Shown here piece after piece: positions 54,268-64,000 of a stretch of 64,000 nucleotides of DNA. The notes beneath the pieces are model-generated. The model did no database searches. It was not told the DNA's origin and worked only from the letters and a program-made list of their open reading frames with translations. The position numbers and the translations under genes were made by a program. The DNA comes from Octopus vulgaris (lineage: Eukaryota), in contig OX597830.1 of the NCBI GenBank assembly GCA_951406725.2, forward strand, positions 61,132,001 to 61,196,000, written 5' to 3'. Each line of letters starts with the position of its first letter. Within the stretch, counting starts at the first letter, position 1.

Positions 54268-55546
54268 GGGGGGGGGATACCGAAAAGTAACCGGAAACGT
54301 TCTCTGTGGGACAAGCACGTTGTAGTTCAGGCTTCCGTCTGTAGATGCCGCTTGATGTGACCCCCATGCATCAGTCTACCGGTCAGCGTCATCGAGTGCA
54401 GTCGTACTGTCACGTGGTGCATCTTTGTTTTGCAGTTCTTCTTCCCTGTTCGTCGATTTTTGCGATGGCTGAAACGAAGGGACAGCATGCTTCCATAAAA
54501 TTCTGTTTTCTGCTGGGGAAAACGGCTGGTGAAACAGTTGTCATACTTTAAACAGCTTACAAGAATGCTGCCACGCACAAAACAAGCTTACGAGTGGTTT
54601 TCCCGCTTTAGGAATGGTCACTTATTGCTTGAAGACCAATCTCGTTGAGGGCGATCGTCGACCTCTCGAAGGAATGAAAATATCACGAAAATTTGTGAAC
54701 TGATCTTGGAGGATTGTCGCCGAACAATTGACAAACTTGTCGATATGACTGGTGTGTCCTGGAGCTCCGGTCAACGAATTTTGAGCAAAATTTGTGTCTC
54801 ACTTGCTCACAGAAGACCAAAAGCAGTCACGACTGAATGTGTATCATGAGCTGAAAGAAAAGTTGGAAGTTGATCTGTACCTTTTTCCGAAGGTCATCGC
54901 AGGTGACGAAAGCTGGTGCTACGGCCACGACAAGGAAACGAAGCAGTAATCAAGTCAATGAAAGAACTCAATGTCACCAAGTTCCCCACGCCAAATGCGT
55001 CAAGTAAAGTCCTATGTCAAGGAGATCTGGTTTGTTTCATCGATGCGAAAGGAATTGTCTACACAACATTAATTCCTCGTGGGTCAAACTATTAACCAGG
55101 CATTTTGCTTGGTAGTTCTGAAGCGTTTGCGAGACACAGCGAGACGAAAACATTCCCGAACAATGGCAAAGTGGAGAGTGGTGGTTTCTTCACGAAAATG
55201 CACCTTCGCCCACTGCCTTGAGTGTGAGACAGTTTTTGATCAAAAACCACATGTCCTCGTTTACCCACCCTCCCTATTCTTCTGATCTTGTTCCCTGCAA
55301 CTTTTTTCTGTCCACCCGAATGAAAAACGTCCTTAAAGGAAACTATTTTGCAGATGTGGAATAGGTAAAGAAAAAAAAACGATGGATGCGTTAAAAGGAA
55401 TCACTCCGCATTCGAACAGTGGAAAACACGCCTGGATGAATGCATTGTTTCGAATGGAGAATATTTTGAAGGTGATAAAAGTGTAAACATGTAAAACTAA
55501 GTGAATAAAATAATTTTGCAAAATTCAGGTTTCTTTTGGGTACACA
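54268..55546 (+). mobile_element. mariner (DD34D-type) transposon; transposase pseudogene ~54465-55490
   Basis: MAETKGQHASIKFCFLLGKT...; IAGDESWCY; HENAP; HPPYSSDLVPCNFF; GEYFEGD. Multiple stops and frameshifts. Degenerate TIRs. Confidence 0.9.
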
Positions 55547-56361
55547 CACACGCGCGCAACCCCCCTACTTTTCATGACACATTGTCTGATATATATATAT
55601 TTAAAATATCATTTTAAAGCAAAAACAGTGCAAGTTATAAAAATTAATAATATAGCATTATTAATTTTGAAAGCTAGCATTTTAAAACTTTATAAATATA
55701 TTCGACACACACATAAATACGTGCTGGGAGAAGTGTTAGCACACCGGGCAAAATACTTTGCGGCATTTCATCCGTCATCACGTTCAGAGTTCGAATTCCG
55801 CCGAGGTCGAATTTGCCTCTCATATTTTCGTGGTCGAAAAAAAATAAGTAGCAGCCGAGCTCTGGGACCGAAATTTCAGATCTTGCGTCAAAATTTGAAA
55901 ACAACATAGGTCGATATTTAGTGCTATTACCTGATATTTCAAAATTTCAGGAAAAGGGCCCTTTCTTTAGGAAGCTTACGGATAAAAGGTGTTCATAGCT
56001 GAAGTGTCTGTTCTGTAGTCTGTGTTTATAGCGACATCAGCTATTAATACCTTTATTCTATAGATTTCCTTATGCAGGGACCCTAAACCTGAATTAGTGA
56101 AATGTCAGGTAATAGTACTAACCGGCAATCTGCATTATTAATTTTGAAAGCTAGCGTTTTAAAAGTTTATAAATATATTCGAAACACACATAAATACATA
56201 CATCCATACATACATACGTACGTACATGTATGTATGTATGTATGTATGTATGTATGTATGTATGCATGTATACATATATATATAGATTCACATTTGTATG
56301 TATGCATTTACATTATATATCTTAAAGCAATCATACAGGATCTGTTTATGCGTTATATATA

Positions 56362-57613
56362 CAGGAGTTGGACAAAATAATGGAAACACCTTAAAATTTC
56401 AAACAAATTTATTTTAATATTGGGTAGGACCGCCTTTGGTAGTAATTACAGCTTGAATTCTACGAGGTATGGACTTGTACAAAGTTTGAATGGTTTCCAA
56501 AAGAATTTTTGTCCATTCTTCAGCTAAAATAGTCTACAGTTCTTGTAGTGATGATGGTGGAGGATATCGACTCCTTACTTGTTTTTCCAAAATGCACCAC
56601 AGATGTTCAATAATGTTGAGATCTGGGGACTGTGGTGGTCAGATAAGATGTTCAACTTCTCTAGGATGTTTCTCGTGCCATTCAATAACAACTTTAGCTG
56701 TGTGAATTGGTGCATTATCATCCTGAAAGCTTGCGTTTCCCTCCGGAAACAGTTCCGCCATCATAAGATGAATTTGATCAGATAACATGCTTAAATAGTC
56801 TTTACTATTAATTCTGCCATGAAGGGAAACCTTTGGGACGACGGATTTCCAAGATATAGCCCCCCTCCAGATCATCACAGATCCTCCTCCATGTTTAACA
56901 GTTTGAAGAAGGGAGTCTAGGTCAAATGCTTCTTTTGGCTGTCTCCACTCGTATACTTGACCGGTGGTCAGAAATAAGGTAAAGAATGACTCAGCCGAGA
57001 AAATAACAATCTTCCACTGCTCTAGGGACCAATTCTATAGGTTTTTACTTCACTCTAAACGCTTTGCAACGTTTGTTTTTCACGGTAATGGTTTTCTGAT
57101 TGCAGCTCTCCCATGAAATCCGGCTTTGTGCAGCTCCCGCAAAGTTTTTTTTGTGAAACTGGGTTCTCGAGTTGGTCATTAAGCTCTGCAGTAATTTTGG
57201 GAGATGTACTTTTGTGATCCATTTTTAACAATTCGCGTAAGAGTCCGACAGTCCCTATCTGAAAGTTCTGGTTTTCTTCCGGAGTTCTGTTTCGACGAGG
57301 AGGTTTTTCCCTCTTTCTCAAAGGCTGTTTCGAGACTTGTTGATGCACCAAACATTCCGGCTGTTTTCATTACGCTAGCGCCTGCTATACGAGCACCAAC
57401 AATTTGACCTCTTTGAAAGTCCGATAGATCTCATTTTATGAATTTTAATTACATTTTTCTGATGATTTCTGAAAAGAAACAGCAACTTTAGCAAGCAGCA
57501 CTAATAATAAAAGAAAAACCCATAAAAATAACCAAGCTTTTGATGGTTTTATAGATATTTTAAAATGTTGATGCTATGATGCTTGGTGTTTCCATTATTT
57601 CGTCCAACCGCTG
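56362..57613 (-). mobile_element. Tc1-like transposon with TIRs and TA TSD; transposase pseudogene
   Basis: TIRs are caggagttggacaaaataatggaaacacc / ggtgtttccattatttcgtccaaccgctg, with TA on both sides. Motifs are SGRKPELSDRD, GGGSVMIW, FQDDNAPIHTAK and PQSPDLNIIEHL. Confidence 0.93.
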
Positions 57614-57670
57614 TATATACACACGACGAAAGAAAATAGTATTTGAATACCAAAGGTTGTGTAATATGCC

Positions 57671-57826
57671 TTTGTTAAAACTACAAAAATCTTCACAAAC
57701 TGTTACTCAGAGTTTCACGTTCCAATTCGTCCAACAATATGATCACAACTGTTCGACGAACGGGAACGTGAAACTCTCAAAGTCTGTGAAGTAATAGTTT
57801 GTGAAGATTTTTGCAGCTTTAATAAA
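57671..57826. mobile_element. Older, diverged palindromic double-hammerhead element related to 40581
   Basis: Inverted arms. The right arm reads ctgt-TCGACGA-acg-ggaa-cgt-GAAAC-tct; the left arm (minus) reads ...GAAAC-tctga-GTA-acag. Confidence 0.65.
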
Positions 57827-58355
57827 AGTTTTATATTGTTGATTGCATCGACCCTAGTACTCAACTGGTACTTATTTTATCGACCTCAAGAGAATGAACG
57901 GCAAAGTCGACCATAGGGGCATTTGAACTTAGAACGCAATGCTTGACGAAATGCTGTTTAGCATTTCGTCCGACGTCCTAACGATTCTGTTAGCTTACTG
58001 CCTTATACGCATATACATATATACACACAATGGAAATACTGTAGACTTTTCTGAGTTCACCTACTTTTTGATAGCTTTCGCATCTCACAGAGTGTTCAAG
58101 GATTTCTTCTCACCAAGCAAGCTTGAAAGGGCTGCAGGTTTTGTCGATGGTGACGGTGACCTGAACATGTAGCAGGTTGTGCGTAACATATTTCGAAAAG
58201 GAAAAACATAATGTAACCTTTAGTTTACAAAAGATGAATATGAATCGTCATGATACGGAAGCTTTCCTCATAAATTGGTCCAATCACGGCGAACCTAAGT
58301 CCGTAAGTCCGTAACCCCTCAAGCAACTAATAATCGTCCACATCCAAGATTCTTA

Positions 58356-58800
58356 TCATCATCATCATTGTTCGACCGTGGTCGAGACAATGGAATTTAC
58401 TATGTTGCGCCAGACTTCACGGTCCATCATGGCATTACGGAGGTCCTGTTGCTGGATGCCTGTATCCCTGGAGATTACATCAGGGTAGGAGAGTGTGCGC
58501 CCTCTGGTGTTGCGAGTAGATGGCTTCCAGAGGAGAAGAGTAGAAATTACTTCTTTTTCAGCTCTACAACAATGTCCAGCAACCTGGACTCTCCTACCTT
58601 TCACAAGAGATGACACAGGTGGTAGTTTCCCATATATTTGCATTTTGGTTGGATGGCGCCTCCACGAGAGATTTTGAGCTCTCATAAGGAGGCGAGTGTA
58701 GTTTCCATCCAACCGCCTCTCAAGCTTCTTTGATAACGTCCAGGTTTCTGAGCCATATAGTAGGATTAGTTCGACTGTGGCTTTGAAGATTTCAAGTTTG
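58356..58800 (-). mobile_element. RTE-like LINE 3' end with (TGA)n tail and 10 bp TSD
   Basis: ORF 58365-58712 (RRVQVAGHCCR...LLLWKP...MMDREVWR). TSD aagattctta lies at 58346-58355 and 58801-58810. Confidence 0.88.
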
Positions 58801-58970
58801 AAGATTCTTAACCCTTCTCCTATCAGTCACTTCTTTGAGTCGATCCACCCATCCTTTCGCTCGCATACAACAAATATACAGAAAAACACACTCCAAACAC
58901 CTCCACATGTAAAAGCCCACGCCACTGCCAAGACGCCATCTTTAAAAGAGCGTATTAGCTATACAGTGTA

Positions 58971-59089
<119 letters not shown>

Positions 59090-59254
59090 ATATAATTTGA
59101 TAATAGAATTAGTGGAAGGATGTAAGCAATAAATGAAAACCTGGTGGATTTGATCTGAAAACCGCTGGAAAGACTATAGAGGCATGCAGACTATCATGTG
59201 CATACATATATACATTCAAACACACAGAGATACTTAATACAAATATCTGTGTGT

Positions 59255-59320
<66 letters not shown>

Positions 59321-60002
59321 CTATCTGTCTGTCTGTACCCCACCACCGCTTGACAACCGGGTGTATTTACATCCCCGTCGCTTAGTGGTTCGGTAAAAGA
59401 GACCGATAGAACAAGCACTTGGTTTAAAAATTATAATGAGACCTGGGTTCGATTTGTTCGACTAAAACCCTTCAAGGCGTTGCCTCGGCTTGGCCGCAGT
59501 CAAATGACTGAAACAAGTAAAAGAATAAAATATATACACACACATACACAGGCATATAAATGTTCGTTAAACACTTGCTCAATGTGTTATGAAGTCATTT
59601 TTAGTTTCGCACCAAAATTGGAGGATTTTAGGTACATTTCAACGTTCATTGAGCGATTTATGACCAAAGCTTTCCTGTCAATAACCACATCGTCTTTTAT
59701 TCGGGAGCGCATTAATCACCGCGTCCTTCTGATTCGAAAATCGTACGCTGGTATGCGACTTGGCTGCTATTTTTATGATCAAGTAACTGCGCCTTGGTTC
59801 ACTTACTCGCCGTCTCGTATTTTCCGACGCTGATGGAATAGACTCGTCATCAGCGATATTCTAGTCGTGGCCACCTCGTCTTTTTAGCGGCATGAGATAC
59901 GAAATTAGTCATCGAATTCTTTTTTTTTATTCAAGACAGTAAGGTTAATTTGTTGCTGGGTACATTAACATTTTACTAAGTTAGACAATCTATCTATCTA
60001 TC

Positions 60003-60100
<98 letters not shown>

Positions 60101-60174
60101 ATCTATATGTGTGTGCGTGTGTATTAAATACTCTAAATGTTATAGACATATATATTATAAATATATGATATATA

Positions 60175-60282
<108 letters not shown>

Positions 60283-60350
60283 GACATATACACACATACA
60301 TATATATTTATGTGTGTGTATGAATGTATATATTATATCAATCTATCTAT

Positions 60351-60434
<84 letters not shown>

Positions 60435-60810
60435 ACCTGTTACTCTCACTTTGTTTTATCTTGCTCTTTCACACCTACACACAAATACACCCCCCCTCCA
60501 CACACACACACACACAGAGGCGCGGAGTCTGTTATACTATTTCGCTCATTATCTCCCTATCTATCATACTTGCTCTATCTTAATATGACGCCCACACACA
60601 CCGTCTGCGTATCTCGTTTCAGTGTGTCACCACCCAGCATTCAAAGAAGTCGATACATTTGACAATTTAATTATATCAAAGATAATGCCTTGTGTGTTTA
60701 TGACTCTGTGTGTGTGTGTGTGTGTGCTCGTGTGTGTGTGTGCGTGCTCGTGTCTGTGTGTGTACGCAACTATGTTTCTAGGTATGAGTGTATATATGAT
60801 TATATGTGTT

Positions 60811-61041
60811 TGCGGCGAACTGGCAGAAACGTTAGCGCGCCGGGCGAAATGCTTTGCGGTATTTCGTCTGTCGTAACGTTCTGAGTTCAAACTCAGCCGA
60901 GGTCAACTTTGCCTTTCATCCTTTCGGGGTCGATAAATAAAGTACCAGTTTCGCACCGGGGGCGATACAATCGACTCAATCCCTTCGTCTGTCCTTGTTT
61001 GTCCCCTCTATGTTTAGCCTCTTCTGGGCAGTAAAGAAATA
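60811..61041 (+). mobile_element. SINE family A
   Basis: Full family pattern. Confidence 0.88.
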
Positions 61042-61628
61042 TATATTTCAGCATTTATATAAGTATGTTCATGAGTGTGCGTGCATGTTTATATATAAAT
61101 ACACATGTATACATTCACGTATGACCATATGCGTATATGTATGCGCGTATGACTTTGTATTACTGAACATGCGTGTGTCTCTATACTTATGAACGTAGCT
61201 ATGCATGCATGTGTATGCATGCATGCATACATGTTTCTCTTCATGCATTTCCCTTCCCCAGCCTAAGTGTCTACTCCCAGCTTGTCTGTCTTAAAATATA
61301 ATATCTATCTATCTTTATTGATTAAGCAATCATCCACATAACCACCTTCCCCGCATCAGTCCGTTCATCTCTCAATATTTTTACCTTAGTGATAATAGTT
61401 CTTTCTCCTTCAAATTCTCCACTACTTATTGCTAACAATTCCGTTACAGTAACAGACAACAAACAATTTTAGTATCCATTCACCCATCGAACTATCGATC
61501 AATTGATCCCTCCATCCAGCTATCCGTTCGTCCGTCCATCCACCATCTGTCTGTTGTCTGTCTGTCTATCTGTCTGTCTGTCTATCTGTCTGTCTGTCAA
61601 ACTATCATGGTGCGCGCATGTATATATA

Positions 61629-62330
61629 CAGGGTGCGGTGAATAAACTGTTGTTTAAATTACGTAAAAATGAAAATAACACTGACGTCTCATTTTAACAA
61701 ATATATTTATCCAAATGAGATGGAAATATCTTGAAATACTCAAGAGTAAATTTATTCAATAAAAGTGCCATTTGCTTCAACCACGGCCTCCAGACGACTA
61801 CGGAATCTCCTGCAAATCTTCTGGAGAAGGCTGCCATAATCCTTCAGTTCATCTTTGGTGTTACAAGGAATTTTGTTGGTCTCTGGCTCAACTGCGTCCC
61901 ACACATAATAACCAAGAGGGTTGCAATCCGGGGAGTTAGGTGGCCAAATGTTAGGGGTGATGTGCTCGCAGAAATTGTCAGACAGCCATGACTAGGTCCT
62001 CCAGCTTGTGTGACATGGTGCAGAGTCCTGTTGCTAGACATAGGGTCTTCTAGCAGCCACCCTCTTGACCGAGGGCAGCACTACCATCGCCAGGCACTTG
62101 ATGTAACCCTCCATGTTGAGTCTGAGGCCGTGTGGGAAGATGAATGGGGGCATAACGTCACCATCACTAGTGATCACTCTCCAACCGCCCTGATATTGAC
62201 TGGATGTTTGGCTTTTATCCCTCTCGGTACACGTCTTTAGATAGACAACCAAACACACTTAAATATTCGTATTGGAGCTTCCGGTGCGAATGACAAGCAG
62301 TACAGCATGTCATTTCCAACTTTCTGGCAG
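61629..62330 (-). mobile_element. DD37D (maT-type) Tc1/mariner transposon remnant
   Basis: Minus translation QQD-SAPCH...WPPNSPDCNPL-G-YYVW has 37 residues between the second D and the (mutated) third D. TA-CAGGGTG terminus at 61629. Confidence 0.82.
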
Positions 62331-62585
62331 AGTGATATATATATATGTTGATGAAATTTTTTTCTGTAAAAAAACTTCATTCTATATTAGTAGTAGACTT
62401 TTGACTATTCGCTATAGGGACTGGTAACCACTATAAGCTGTAGTGGAGAACAGTTCACACGTGTGCTGAGGCTGACCAAAGGATTTTATGTTTAGATATA
62501 TCTGGGTTACTTATATGTACTTATGATTTTTGCTTCGGCATTTTCCATGGGCGCATGTAAGTATCTTATTTATATCCTTTCGTAT

Positions 62586-62647
62586 TTTCTACTGAAGAGG
62601 AAAAAACCTATCATGAGATTAATTCCGAAATTGATTCAATATAGAAA
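62586..62647 (+). ncRNA. Type I hammerhead ribozyme motif with intact core and all three helices
   Basis: tttcta-CTGAAGA-ggaa...ttcc-GAAA-ttg-att-caa-TA/tagaaa. Helix I is 6 bp, helix II 4 bp, helix III 4 bp, and the AUA cleavage triplet ends at 62641. It lies within a (TA)n-flanked island 62345-62810. Confidence 0.75.
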
Positions 62648-62805
62648 TAACGAACTTTAAAAAAAAATTCTATCGGCCGGCTTTCCCCGATTTCAGGTCT
62701 TCGTGTTTTTCTGTAGCGAGTAAATAATATGTGGAAATTGACGATTTAAAAGTCTGTTATCAGCATATTGGCATAGAAATAATTTTCTTTAGTCCTTATT
62801 TATAA

Positions 62806-62864
<59 letters not shown>

Positions 62865-62866
<2 letters not shown>

Positions 62867-63148
62867 TTTTACTCTTTTACTTGTTTCAGTCATTTGACTG
62901 TAGCCATGCGGGACCCTAACACTGATGTTTTTAAAGCCTAGTACTTATTGTATTGGTTTCTTCTTACGAACCGCAATGTCACGGGGACGTAAACACACGA
63001 ATACCAGTTGTGAAGCGGTAATGGGAGACAAACACACACACACATATATGTATGTAAGTATGCAAGTATGTATGTATGTATATATGTGTATTATTAAGTT
63101 AGACATGGCCTGGGCCAATAATGGCCGAAACCTACCAAAGTATCAAAG

Positions 63149-63179
<31 letters not shown>

Positions 63180-63352
63180 GTGTCTGTGTTTGTTACCCCA
63201 CCATCGCTTGACAACCGATGTTAGTGTGTTTTTGTCCTCAGAACTTAGCGGTTCGGCAAAAGCGATTGATAGAATAAGTAGTAGGCTTACAAAGAAGAAG
63301 TCCTGGGGTCGATTTGTTTGACTAAAAGGGGTGCTCCAGTATGACTGAAATA
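62865..63352. mobile_element. Two partial family B SINE 3' halves in opposite orientation
   Basis: Family pattern on the minus strand (62865-63040) and the plus strand (63180-63352). Confidence 0.75.
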
Positions 63353-64000
63353 AAAAAAATACACACGCACGAGCATAAACGCAATAAAACGCACATATAC
63401 CTCCACACACGTTCACACACACATATACACACGCACACGCGTACACACACGCACACACAAGCATACACACATATACACATGCACATACATACACACACAT
63501 GTACGCATACATACCGCCACCACACATAACACACACTCATACATACACGCACTCAATTACACATACATGGCCATATACAAACATGCACAAACACGCACAC
63601 ACACACGCATGCACACACAGAGGAACGCACATATACTCAACAGACACAACCTCCTACACATACATACGCGCACACACACACACACGCATACACCCACACA
63701 TGCACACACAGACGCATGCACACACTACACACACAACATATACATACATGCACAAATGTACATGCACACACACATACTTCAAACTGCCAGTTAAACACGT
63801 TTCTACTGACCATTCCTCTACGCTCACAAGACTGTCACTCCTGCTACTAAATTCTTCTCACAACATTAAGCGACACAAACTTCACTCACACATACACATA
63901 TAAACAGCCAAAATCAGATAGACACACACAACACATACACACACAAACGCACACACACACACACTGACTTGCGCGCACACAAACCTCCTTCTCTTACAAT

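Overview
This is AT-rich, extremely microsatellite-dense animal genomic DNA. The SINE families and the gene sequence point to a cephalopod, most likely Octopus (inferred, not database-checked). The only host protein-coding sequence I can support is the first coding exon of a hedgehog gene on the minus strand (44668-44976). It has a signal peptide, the CGPGR palmitoylation site, and ends at the conserved phase-0 intron 1. No exon 2 is visible, so bases 1-44667 appear to be a >44 kb first intron. The rest is transposon debris: two tRNA-derived SINE families, CR1, RTE and R4/Dong LINE ends, Tc1, mariner and DD37D remnants, a hAT fragment, MITEs and a Helentron-like element. The most notable signals are three. 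(1) Several families of short, (TA)n-embedded, often palindromic elements carry minimal type I hammerhead-ribozyme motifs (Penelope-like or retrozyme-like), including head-to-head double-hammerhead hairpins. (2) A 2.2 kb tandem duplication sits immediately upstream of the hedgehog start codon. (3) Several clean nested or templated insertions are present. Almost all ORFs in the supplied track are microsatellite translations. Boundaries of degraded repeats are approximate.
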